Shown: piece after piece, positions 17,729-26,687 of the stretch
Numbering within the stretch: the first letter of the stretch is position 1
How the letters are laid out: each line of letters opens with the position of its first letter
Assembly: GCA_035514495.1 (NCBI GenBank)
Contig: DATKAY010000183.1
Location: 1 to 45,989 of the forward strand
Direction of reading: 5' to 3'
Length of the DNA stretch: 45,989 nt
Source of the DNA: Sphingomicrobium sp.
Lineage (GTDB): Bacteria; Pseudomonadota; Alphaproteobacteria; Sphingomonadales; Sphingomonadaceae
Notes under the pieces: model-generated
What the model was told of the DNA's origin: nothing
The model's database searches: none
The model's input: the letters and a program-made list of their open reading frames with translations, nothing else
Program-made: the position numbers and the translations under genes

Positions 17729-19972
17729 ATGAACAACCCAGAGCGCGCGCTGGCGATTTCCGACCGCGAAGAGCGGCTGCTCGCCGCCTTTGCCGAGCGC
17801 ATGTCGCAGCAGATGTACGGAGACTATGAGGCTTCAGACCCGGCCGAATCGCGAATCGACGTCCGTGCGATCTGGTCGGCTATCTATCGAAACAGAATCC
17901 TGATTGCAGCCGTCCTGCTGCTTGCCCTGGCCGGGGGCGTGGCAAGCATCCTGCTGACCACCCCGACCTATCGTGGCGTCACCACCGTTCATGTCGATCA
18001 GCAATCGGCGAAGGTGCTCGGCACCGAGGATGTCGAACCGGTGCCTTCCGCCCAGGAGGCCGAGCTTTTCCTGCAAACTCAGGTCGACATCATCAAGAGC
18101 CGGGGCCTGGCCTCTCGTGTCGCCGCCGACCTGAACCTGATCGGGGATGAAGAGTTTCTCGCTGCCGTCGGCGCAAAGCCACTTGACGGCCAGGTCGCGG
18201 CGTCCAGGCAGCGCGAGCAGATGCTGCGGCTCCTGGACGAAAATCTAACCGTCACCCTGCCGAGGAAGTCGCGAATCGTCGGGATAGCCTTCGACAGCCG
18301 CGATCCCCGGATCGCCGCCGAGGTGGCGAACAGCTTCGCGGAGAATTTCATCAGCTCTAACCTTCAGCGCCGGTTCGACATGTCGGCCTATTCGCGCAAC
18401 TTCCTCCAGAAGCAGCTGGCGCTGACCAAGGCCAAGCTAGAGCAGTCGGAGCGAAGCCTGATCAGCTACGCCCGAAGCGCGCAGCTGATCGACGCAAGTG
18501 CAGGGGCGCCGACCGTCGGCGAACAAACGGGACCGCGCTCGCTGACCACCGCCAACCTGGTTCAGCTCAACCAGGCCTATTCCCAGGCCTTGGCGAGCCG
18601 GGTGGCTGCGCAGCAGCGTTGGGCGCAGGTCCAGTCGGCACCCCTCCTCAGCCTTCCCGAAGTTCTGAGCAATCCGGCAGTCCAGCAGTTGACGCAGAGG
18701 CGCGCCGAACTCGAGGGCCTGTATCAGCAAGAGCGCGAGCGAAGAAAGGAAGGTCATCCCACCGTCAGGCAGGTGGCGGCCAACATCGCCGAGCTCGATC
18801 GCCAGATCGACACGATCGCATCGGGGATCCGCAATTCGATCAGAGACCAGTATCTGGTCGCGCTGAGGCAGGAGCAGGCCCTGGCGGGCAATGTCGGGCA
18901 GCTGGAGAGTGAGACGCTGGCGGAGCAGGACCGGGGCGTTCGCTACAACATCCTCAAGCGCGAGGTCGACACCAATCGGGAACTCTACGACGGCTTGTTG
19001 CAGCGATATAAGGAAGTCGGCGCCCAGGCCGGGGTAACCAACAACAACATCTCGGTTGTCGATCGCGCCGATCCGCCGATGGAGCCGGTTTCCCCGCGCC
19101 CGGCGGTCAACATGGCGCTAGCCGGGCTGGGCGGCCTGGTCTTTGCTTTCCTGCTCGTGTTCGTCCGCGAACGGTTCGACGACGCAGTGCGCTCTCCCGA
19201 GGATGTCGACACGAAGCTCCACCTGCCGCTCCTGGGTGTAGTCCCGCTGATGGTCGGCAGGCCGGAGTCCTTCAAAGCCGCGCTTACCTCGTCGCGTTCG
19301 CCGATTTCCGAGGCTCACCAAGCGCTTCGCTCGTCCATCGAGCTGTCCTCCGCGGGGGGCATTCCATCGACTTTGCTGCTGACTAGCAGTCGCCCGTCGG
19401 AGGGCAAGTCCACCACGGCCTATGCGCTGGCCCGGGACCTGGCGACTGTCGGCCAACGCGTGCTGCTGATCGACGCTGATTTGCGGAAGCCATCGCTGCA
19501 CAGGCTGATGAGCCTGTCCAACGAGGCAGGTCTGTCGAGCATTCTGGCGCGGCAAAAGGAGGTCGACGATGTCATCCAGCCGTCGGATCTCCCGGGCCTG
19601 CAGTTCATCGGCACCGGACCGATTCCCCCCAACCCCGCGCAGCTCCTCGCAACCAACCTGCTCGAGGATCTGCTGTCGGGACTGAAGGAGCGGTACGACG
19701 TCATCGTGATAGACGGCCCGCCGGTGCTGGGTCTCGCAGACGCTCCCCGGCTGGCGTCAACGGCCGAGAGCGTGGTGTTCGTTATTGAAGCCAACCGGGC
19801 GCACCGGGGGCAAGCCAAGGCGGCGCTGAAGCGTTTGCTGAGCGCCAACGCGCGGGTGATCGGCGCCGTTCTCACCAAGTTCGACCCGAAGAAGATCGGC
19901 CACGCGGACTACGGCTACGGCTATTCGTACCGGTACGGGAGCGACAACGTGCCGAAGCTGGATGCCGCGTGA
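17729..19972 (+). CDS. wzc: Polysaccharide co-polymerase with BY tyrosine kinase domain (Wzc/GumC)
   Basis: Two TM helices around a coiled coil; Walker A SSRPSEGKST, LLIDADLRKP, VIVIDGPP; Tyr cluster DYGYGYSYRY. Confidence 0.93.
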   Translation: MNNPERALAISDREERLLAAFAERMSQQMYGDYEASDPAESRIDVRAIWSAIYRNRILIAAVLLLALAGGVASILLTTPTYRGVTTVHVDQQSAKVLGTEDVEPVPSAQEAELFLQTQVDIIKSRGLASRVAADLNLIGDEEFLAAVGAKPLDGQVAASRQREQMLRLLDENLTVTLPRKSRIVGIAFDSRDPRIAAEVANSFAENFISSNLQRRFDMSAYSRNFLQKQLALTKAKLEQSERSLISYARSAQLIDASAGAPTVGEQTGPRSLTTANLVQLNQAYSQALASRVAAQQRWAQVQSAPLLSLPEVLSNPAVQQLTQRRAELEGLYQQERERRKEGHPTVRQVAANIAELDRQIDTIASGIRNSIRDQYLVALRQEQALAGNVGQLESETLAEQDRGVRYNILKREVDTNRELYDGLLQRYKEVGAQAGVTNNNISVVDRADPPMEPVSPRPAVNMALAGLGGLVFAFLLVFVRERFDDAVRSPEDVDTKLHLPLLGVVPLMVGRPESFKAALTSSRSPISEAHQALRSSIELSSAGGIPSTLLLTSSRPSEGKSTTAYALARDLATVGQRVLLIDADLRKPSLHRLMSLSNEAGLSSILARQKEVDDVIQPSDLPGLQFIGTGPIPPNPAQLLATNLLEDLLSGLKERYDVIVIDGPPVLGLADAPRLASTAESVVFVIEANRAHRGQAKAALKRLLSANARVIGAVLTKFDPKKIGHADYGYGYSYRYGSDNVPKLDAA

Positions 19973-19997
19973 AGCCGGTGCAGGGGAGGCTAACCCC

Positions 19998-21260
19998 ATG
20001 CGAGTGTTGTTCCTGGGGCTGAACTATGCTCCCGAAGCCATCGGAATTGGGCCTTATTCGACGGGTTTGTGTCAGACGCTCGCTGACGGCGGCCATCAGG
20101 TGACCGTAATCACCGCGAAGCCCTACTATCCCCACTGGCGAATCTTCGAAGGCTTTCGTTCGCCGCTGTACCAACGCGCCTATGAGGGTCGGGTCGAAGT
20201 CATTCGCTGCCCGCTGTATGTGCCGGCCGAGCCCACCGGGCTTCGCCGCCTGCTGCATCATTTCAGCTTCGCCCTTGCAGCCTTGTTGGCGACGATCCTC
20301 TGCAGCTGGCGTCGGCGTGACCTGGTCGTCGCCACCGCTCCGTCGCTGCTCTGTGCACCAGTTGCGGTGCTTGCAGCCCGCCTGTGGCGCGCAAACTGCT
20401 GGCTTCACGTGCAGGACTTTGAAGTGGAGGCCGCTTTCGCAACGGGCCTGCTCGATTCCGGGTCTCGGGTGGCGAAATTGGGCCGCGGCTTCGAACGCAG
20501 GGTCATTCGCAGCTTCGACCGGGTCAGCTCGATCAGCCCCGAGATGTGCGCGAAGCTCGTGGAAATGGGTATCCCGGCGGAGCGTGTGATCGAGTTCCGC
20601 AACTGGGCGGAGGTCGATGCCGTCCGCCCCGCCGGGAGCAGGACCTCACCGTTCCGCGACGAGTGGCGCATCACGACTCCGCATGTCGCGCTCTATTCGG
20701 GAAACATTGCGAACAAGCAGGGCCTCGAGGTCGTGATCGAGGCGGCGCGTCTGCTTGCGTTTCGCGACGACATCACGTTCGTCATATGCGGGGACGGGCC
20801 GAATTTGACGCGGCTGAAATCCCGATCCGCCGGGCTCGCCAACATTCGGTACAAGGGCCTGCAGCCCTTCTCCAGCCTCGGTGATCTCCTGGCGCTCGCG
20901 ACCATCCACCTGCTGCCGCAAAAGGCGAGCGCGGCAGATCTGGTGCTGCCGTCCAAGCTCACGAACATGCTTGCCTCGGGCAAACCGGTAATCGCGACGG
21001 CGGCGGCGGGCAGCGGCCTGGCGCGCGAGGTCGAGGGCTGTGGGATCGTCGTCGAGCCCGAGGACCCCGCAGCCTTCGCCGCAGCCATCGAGTTGCTGAT
21101 CGATCAGTCGAGGCTCCATGCCGATGCGAGCCGCACGGCACGCGAGCGAGCGCTGGAGCGATGGTCAAAGCAGCGGATTCTGAGCGACGTTATCCGGGTG
21201 ATGGAGGATGTGACCGAGCAACCCCGCACGCAGCTGAGCCCCGCCGTCATCGATGGATAG
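19998..21260 (+). CDS. wcaI: WcaI family glycosyltransferase (GT4)
   Basis: LNYAPE.IGIG.YS, PYYP.W, RCPLYVP..PTG..R, WLHVQDFEVEAA, YSGNI.NKQGL, ADLVLPSKLTNMLASG. Confidence 0.88.
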   Translation: MRVLFLGLNYAPEAIGIGPYSTGLCQTLADGGHQVTVITAKPYYPHWRIFEGFRSPLYQRAYEGRVEVIRCPLYVPAEPTGLRRLLHHFSFALAALLATILCSWRRRDLVVATAPSLLCAPVAVLAARLWRANCWLHVQDFEVEAAFATGLLDSGSRVAKLGRGFERRVIRSFDRVSSISPEMCAKLVEMGIPAERVIEFRNWAEVDAVRPAGSRTSPFRDEWRITTPHVALYSGNIANKQGLEVVIEAARLLAFRDDITFVICGDGPNLTRLKSRSAGLANIRYKGLQPFSSLGDLLALATIHLLPQKASAADLVLPSKLTNMLASGKPVIATAAAGSGLAREVEGCGIVVEPEDPAAFAAAIELLIDQSRLHADASRTARERALERWSKQRILSDVIRVMEDVTEQPRTQLSPAVIDG

Positions 21261-21353
21261 GTCGGGCCAGACGATGGAGAGATGCGACCATGGGAGCCTG
21301 CTCCTAGGGAACCGCGACGGCATGAGTCCCACCGCATGTCGCTAACCCGCAGC

Positions 21354-22013
21354 ATGAAAACGGAAGACTATGGGTGGCAGGAAGCGCCGCCCAACAGCAG
21401 CGCATACCTTGAGCCGGTGATCCTCCGATTGGCGAAGAGCTATGGCGCCCGCAGTGTGTTGGATGCCGGCTGTGGAAATGGATATCTTGCTGAACGACTT
21501 TCCGGGGCCGGCTTCGAAGTCACGGCCGTTGACGGGGATGTTACGGGAGTGCGGATAGCGCGGGATCGGGCTCCGCAGGTCAACTTCCAAATTGGGTTGT
21601 TCGAGGACGAGCCGCCAGGGGTCTTCGACTTCGTCAGCTCGACAGAAGTCGTGGAGCACCTCTACTCCCCCCATGTCCTCGTCCGCTACTGTTTTGATGC
21701 GCTCAAGCCCGGTGGAATATTGGCGATGAGCACACCGTATCACGGGTATCTGAAGAACCTTGCTCTCTCGATATTCGACAAATGGGACGACCATCACACC
21801 GTACACTGGCATGGCGGCCACATAAAATTCTGGAGCCGGAAGACATTGACGAAGCTGCTCTCGGATGCCGGGTTCGAGGTGATTGCATTTCACGGTGTCG
21901 GCCGCCTGCCTTTCCTCTGGAAGAGTATGGTCCTGGTGGGCCGGAAACCCCTCGACACCGAAGCGGCCGCTCCTCCGCCGGAGCAACCGCATCGAGGGCT
22001 CCGCAATGATTGA
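21354..22013 (+). CDS. Class I SAM-dependent methyltransferase (UbiG-like)
   Basis: VLDAGCGNG, FD.VSSTEVVEHL..P, LKPGG, STPYHGYLKNL, GGHIKF; start may lie upstream (21282 or 21336). Confidence 0.88.
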   Translation: MKTEDYGWQEAPPNSSAYLEPVILRLAKSYGARSVLDAGCGNGYLAERLSGAGFEVTAVDGDVTGVRIARDRAPQVNFQIGLFEDEPPGVFDFVSSTEVVEHLYSPHVLVRYCFDALKPGGILAMSTPYHGYLKNLALSIFDKWDDHHTVHWHGGHIKFWSRKTLTKLLSDAGFEVIAFHGVGRLPFLWKSMVLVGRKPLDTEAAAPPPEQPHRGLRND

Positions 22014-23286
22014 CATTGGGGGGATCCTCCTGGTCGCCATCGCAGTGGCGCTCATTGGATATGCGCTTCGGCTGAAGGCGCCGGCGTTGCTGATATTCTG
22101 CGTCATCTTCAGCTTGGGCCATGTAGTCCCAATCCTGACGAAGCTGGGGCTGTTGGAAATCAGCTATTCCGCTCTGCCGCCCGAGCGCTCGGACTACGAC
22201 CAGCAGACGCTTGCAATGGCTTTCCTCGCTTGTCTGGGCGTCGTGGCAGGCTACTTCGCCTGGCGGGGCAAAGCGCCGACCCGGCCGGCGTTAATCGGCC
22301 GGCGTTGGGTGCGGTCGGATGCTCTGGACGCCTTGCCTAAAGTTACATGGGCCCTGATCGGGGTCATCTTGGCGCTTGTGACATTTCCGGCTGGTGGTCC
22401 GATCGCCTTTCTCGAGATCAATTTCGTGCGAGTGATACCGGAGCACAGCACCATTGCGACGGCGATCTATCTATGTGCGGTCATCTGCGCAGTGCTCGCC
22501 ACCGTGCAGCTCGTTATCGACCTTCAGCGGGGGCGACATCCCCGGTTCGTGCAGCTGGCTGTCACGTCGATGATATTCTGGTCCATGGGGGGAAGGCTGC
22601 AATTTTCGGTCACCGTTGCCGCCTATGCCCTGGCGATGCTGCGCTACCGCTATTTGAGCAAGAAAGCGTTATGGATCCTGGTGCTCGCCTCTGCACTACC
22701 GGTGTTTGCAACTATCTATATTCGCTTGAGCCTGCAGGGGCGCCACACCACTTTGGGCGAATCGGTCACCCATACGCTCGACGAACTCTCGATGCTCGGT
22801 TCCTACAATCTGGCGGTGCAATATGTGGCAGAGGCCGGCCACCAGCCATTGCTCTGGCTTTCGCAGTTGGAAAGCCTGCTTCCCCGGGCATTCAATCCCG
22901 ACAAACCCCAACAAATCAGCCGGCTATTTCGGCAGCTCTTCTGGGGCGATGAACTGGGAGGTGTACCGCCGGCTCTCGTGGGCGAATTCTACATCATCGG
23001 CGGCTTGGCTTTCTGTATGATCGGCGGACTTCTCTTGGGTCATCTGCTCCGGCGGCTTGATCAGCTCTACCGCTATCCCCAGGGGAGGTCTGTGGTGGAG
23101 CAGGCCGCGATCTTTGCCTTCATACCTCTCGTTTCGTTCTATTTGGTAAGGGTGGGCATGGATTCATCGATCTTCAGAATCGTCCTTTCTCTGCTTGTAT
23201 TCGGAGGGTTGGGCTTTGTGATTCCGAAGGCGGCCGTTCAGCGGTTTCGGAAGCTCAGTACCGGCCGGCAGGTTCTGAGCAGCTAG
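22006..23286 (+). CDS. wzy: Putative Wzy polysaccharide polymerase
   Basis: About ten hydrophobic segments; loop LLPRAFNPDKP...GGVPPALVGEFYIIGG typical of Wzy; cluster context. Confidence 0.65.
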   Translation: MIDIGGILLVAIAVALIGYALRLKAPALLIFCVIFSLGHVVPILTKLGLLEISYSALPPERSDYDQQTLAMAFLACLGVVAGYFAWRGKAPTRPALIGRRWVRSDALDALPKVTWALIGVILALVTFPAGGPIAFLEINFVRVIPEHSTIATAIYLCAVICAVLATVQLVIDLQRGRHPRFVQLAVTSMIFWSMGGRLQFSVTVAAYALAMLRYRYLSKKALWILVLASALPVFATIYIRLSLQGRHTTLGESVTHTLDELSMLGSYNLAVQYVAEAGHQPLLWLSQLESLLPRAFNPDKPQQISRLFRQLFWGDELGGVPPALVGEFYIIGGLAFCMIGGLLLGHLLRRLDQLYRYPQGRSVVEQAAIFAFIPLVSFYLVRVGMDSSIFRIVLSLLVFGGLGFVIPKAAVQRFRKLSTGRQVLSS

Positions 23287-23347
23287 GAGAATGCTCCCCA
23301 GTCGAATTTCAAATTGCCCTCTTGGTCGCGCGACTGGCTAACCGCTC

Positions 23348-24682
23348 CTAAAGTGCCCGAACCCCGCGGCCGTGCAGCGAGGATAAAGCGGCTCTTATTT
23401 GGGCCGGGCGTATGTATGAATGCGACCGCGGCAATCCGTGGCGCTGTACGGCCCTGAGGATCAACGCGTAGTGAAACCAGACGGTGATCAACGAAGCGGC
23501 CACCATCCCGAGAGCTCCGTAACGCGCAGCGAGGGGGACCAGGAGCGCCAGGCCAAGCGAACTCGACCAAAAGGTATAAGCCATGAATTTCCGGTGGTGA
23601 CCATTCAGTGGAAGCGCTTGAGATGAGCCACCCATCACGATGTGCGTATAGCCGAGGAGCGATTGAAGGATCAGAACCGGCCCCACGGCCGCGTAACCGG
23701 CACCCAGCAAGAGCGGCCCCACCCGATCGGCAAAGATAATCAACGCAAGTAGGCCGGGGGCGACGGCCAGCGAGACGAGTGTCACGAGGGAGCGCATCCG
23801 CGTCTCGACCTGCCTCCCTTCCTCTCCCGGGCGGGCCACGAGATAGTAAGAGACCGAATAGGTGATCACAATCGCCGGCAGCGCAAATACGGCAGCGAGT
23901 CTGTTCGAGGCGGAATAGATCGCAAGCTCGCTGGCCGAGACCACAAGCGCTCCGCTCCAGAGGAAAATGTGGCCGCGCACCTGGAACAGCCCGGTCGAAA
24001 CGAGGTTCGAGCCGTTCATGTCGGCAAGCTTGCGAAGGTTCAGGCGACGAAGCTTCGAAACACCCAGGTCGATGTTTCGCATTGTGCTGAGAATCAAAGG
24101 AGCCAGGCAGGCGAGCGACGCGAGCAGAAGCCCAAGGATCGTGGTCCCGAGAGGGTCGTTCGAACCCGGGACAAGGAAAGCCACCCAGGCGAGCGTCACG
24201 GCATTTTGCAGGGTTCCGCCGTAGGTACCGAAATTACCCAAGATCGTCGCTGAGAATACCTTGTTCTGGGCGCGCAGGACCTCGCCCAGGTAGAGCTGGA
24301 TTACATAGGCCAAACATAAGGCCGCCCCGATCGCCCCCGCCCGGGACAGTTGCTGCTGCGATTCCTCGACCCAGAGACCTGGCGCCGCGAGCAAAATGAC
24401 CGCGAACGCGGAGCCGAGCGCGGCCGAGGTCAGCAGTCCGGCGGCGATCAGGCTGTCCGGCGGGCCCAACGAGTCCTGATTGGCGGGATTGAGCAGCTTG
24501 ATGAGGGATTGGCTGAATCCGGCATTCCCCAACACTGCAGCGGCCCCGGCCATGCTGAGGAGCAGCACGACCGAAGCGAATTCCTGAAGCGAAAGCATGC
24601 GGGCAAGCAGGATCGTAATAGCGATGCTTGACAGGCTGTTCAGGACCCGAAGCGCTGAGAGGATGATGGTACTGCGTAGCAC
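23348..24682 (-). CDS. wzx: Wzx flippase (MATE-like oligosaccharide translocase)
   Basis: ILLARMLS.QEFA, ELAIYSAS.RLA, LLGAGY...GPVL.L, RYGALGM..A; many hydrophobic segments; GTG start with GAGGG RBS. Confidence 0.82.
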   Translation of the reverse strand: MLRSTIILSALRVLNSLSSIAITILLARMLSLQEFASVVLLLSMAGAAAVLGNAGFSQSLIKLLNPANQDSLGPPDSLIAAGLLTSAALGSAFAVILLAAPGLWVEESQQQLSRAGAIGAALCLAYVIQLYLGEVLRAQNKVFSATILGNFGTYGGTLQNAVTLAWVAFLVPGSNDPLGTTILGLLLASLACLAPLILSTMRNIDLGVSKLRRLNLRKLADMNGSNLVSTGLFQVRGHIFLWSGALVVSASELAIYSASNRLAAVFALPAIVITYSVSYYLVARPGEEGRQVETRMRSLVTLVSLAVAPGLLALIIFADRVGPLLLGAGYAAVGPVLILQSLLGYTHIVMGGSSQALPLNGHHRKFMAYTFWSSSLGLALLVPLAARYGALGMVAASLITVWFHYALILRAVQRHGLPRSHSYIRPAQIRAALSSLHGRGVRAL

Positions 24683-24732
24683 GTCACCCTCTTTTCCCTG
24701 CTCTGCGATCGGTGAGGCTCGCGGAGGAAATC

Positions 24733-25434
24733 TTAGAAATACGCGACCGCCGCATACCGCTGGGTGTAGAGGTAGCACTGATGCTTCGCACCTCTGACGA
24801 AATTCAACTGCGCTCTCCTCCCCTTTGAGGTCTGAAGGAACGCCTTGATCGTATCTTGCTCCCCCCGCCGCTCCGCATCGTCGAAGACGGCTACGAACTC
24901 GTCTCCGAGGCAGCGGTCAAGGATCTCCAGCGATGCCCACCTCGAGTAGCGTTTGGTCCCGACCGGCGCATCGACGACGATGCAGTCGTAAACATCGCGG
25001 AGGCTATCAAGTCCCTCATAAGCGCTGATATTGCGTCCATGAACCTCCCGGTCGGTCATCTGCATCAACACAACCTCCGTCTTTACACGTTGGCGCACGA
25101 ATGCGGCCCAGTCGGGGTCGGTCTCGACCGTCGTGACCTTGAGGCGTTGGTCTGCCAACGCGTTCAGCAGGATAGTCGATTGACCCGCTCCAAGCTCGAG
25201 CACCGATTTGACGCCGCTTTCGGTTGCGAGTCTAAAAAGGCCGTAGAGCAAAGACCAATTTGCAGCTCCCTTGACCGGGTAGAGCGGGGGAAGAGCGACT
25301 GAGAGGCCTCGAGCGGCGTTGTCGAGCAGCCCCTGGTAGAATATCTCACGCGCCAAGGCCGCCACATCCAGTTCGGGGAGCAGCAGCGAACGACGTAAGA
25401 ACCTCGACTTCAAGAATTTCAACGAGGTTATCAT
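24733..25434 (-). CDS. Putative class I SAM-dependent methyltransferase
   Basis: VLELGAGQST, VTTVETDPDW, YDCIVVDAP, VFDDAER motifs. Confidence 0.7.
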   Translation of the reverse strand: MITSLKFLKSRFLRRSLLLPELDVAALAREIFYQGLLDNAARGLSVALPPLYPVKGAANWSLLYGLFRLATESGVKSVLELGAGQSTILLNALADQRLKVTTVETDPDWAAFVRQRVKTEVVLMQMTDREVHGRNISAYEGLDSLRDVYDCIVVDAPVGTKRYSRWASLEILDRCLGDEFVAVFDDAERRGEQDTIKAFLQTSKGRRAQLNFVRGAKHQCYLYTQRYAAVAYF

Positions 25435-25454
25435 GCGGCCAGCCCCTTAACCGT

Positions 25455-26687
25455 TCAGTGCTGCTCGGCTCTGCGCAACGGCAGGGCTGAGTCGATGTTT
25501 TTCGTGCCGGCCTCGACAGCTTCGAGAAGGCCCAGTGCGGCTCTGTCGATGTGAAAACGCGACAGGTAACTGTCGCGTGCACGTTCCCCCATTCTTTCGC
25601 GCTCGCCTTCATTTAATGCCAAGTAGCGGTCGAACAGCCGGTCGGTACCGGCTTGGTCATCTGTATCCACGAGCCCGGCGCCGTCCGTCGCTATTTCGCG
25701 CCAGATGTTGATCTTGTCCGAAATCAACACCGGCTTACCGGCAGCCATCGCCTCCGCCACGACGATGCCGAAATTCTCGTGATGGGAAGGTAGAATGAAC
25801 GCGGTCGCGCCGTGATAGGCCCCCCACTTCGTCCGGCCCTGCACCATTCCTGGCCAGTGGATGCGTTCGCTGATCCCAAGGGACTTGGCCAAGCTTTCGA
25901 GTTCTACGCTCCACCCTGGCTGATCAGGGCCGGCGATCACCAGGTCGGTCTCGGGCATCCGCGCGGCAAAGCTGGCAAAGGATCGGATGAGAAGGTCGCA
26001 GCCCTTCTTGGGATGGATGCGCGACAGAAAGAGAAAATAGTCGCGCATGCCGAGCGCGGGCATGCTCCGGCGAAACTCGGCCGATAGCTCGTTGGCGGGT
26101 CCCATGGCATCCGCCGCTCCATAGGAAACCACGCGTCCCTTGAACTTGTACGGCCAAAACATGCCTCGCGCGCGGAGCATTTCCTCTTCGCTCGTAAAGA
26201 GGACGCTCGCAGCGTTCCGAAGCAGGACTCCTTCGTTGAAGACCCACAAGATCCGCTTCAGTTGATGCTTTGCTGGCTTGGATTCCCGCTCCCACGGATC
26301 CAGCATTCCGTGGGTAAATACGAAGTAGGGAACGCCGCTTCCTGTCAATCCGAACCGGGCCGCCATCGCAGCATAGTTCCACAGTCCCGAAACGATCGCC
26401 GCATCATAATGGTGAATGTTGCGCTTGATCCATCGGACGGCGCCGGGAGTATAGCCGAACCTCTCCCAGATGCGGCCGTTTCCCTGTGGCACGAGAGATC
26501 CTGGCGATCCCAAGGGTATCACCGTGCCAGGAAATTCAAGCAGGAAGGGCGCATCGGGCGGGTCCATCGTCACGACATCGTGGACATGGCCTAGCTTGCG
26601 CCAGGCGTTGGTGATCTGCGCGACGCCCTCGATAGGGCCGCCTCCAAGCGGATCCACGGAGATCATGATTCGCAAGACCTTGGTCAC
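25455..26687 (-). CDS. GT4 family glycosyltransferase
   Basis: DP..GGP, HGMLDPW, FLSRIHPKKG.DLL, LPSHHENFGIVVAEAMAAGKPV. Confidence 0.93.
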   Translation of the reverse strand: MTKVLRIMISVDPLGGGPIEGVAQITNAWRKLGHVHDVVTMDPPDAPFLLEFPGTVIPLGSPGSLVPQGNGRIWERFGYTPGAVRWIKRNIHHYDAAIVSGLWNYAAMAARFGLTGSGVPYFVFTHGMLDPWERESKPAKHQLKRILWVFNEGVLLRNAASVLFTSEEEMLRARGMFWPYKFKGRVVSYGAADAMGPANELSAEFRRSMPALGMRDYFLFLSRIHPKKGCDLLIRSFASFAARMPETDLVIAGPDQPGWSVELESLAKSLGISERIHWPGMVQGRTKWGAYHGATAFILPSHHENFGIVVAEAMAAGKPVLISDKINIWREIATDGAGLVDTDDQAGTDRLFDRYLALNEGERERMGERARDSYLSRFHIDRAALGLLEAVEAGTKNIDSALPLRRAEQH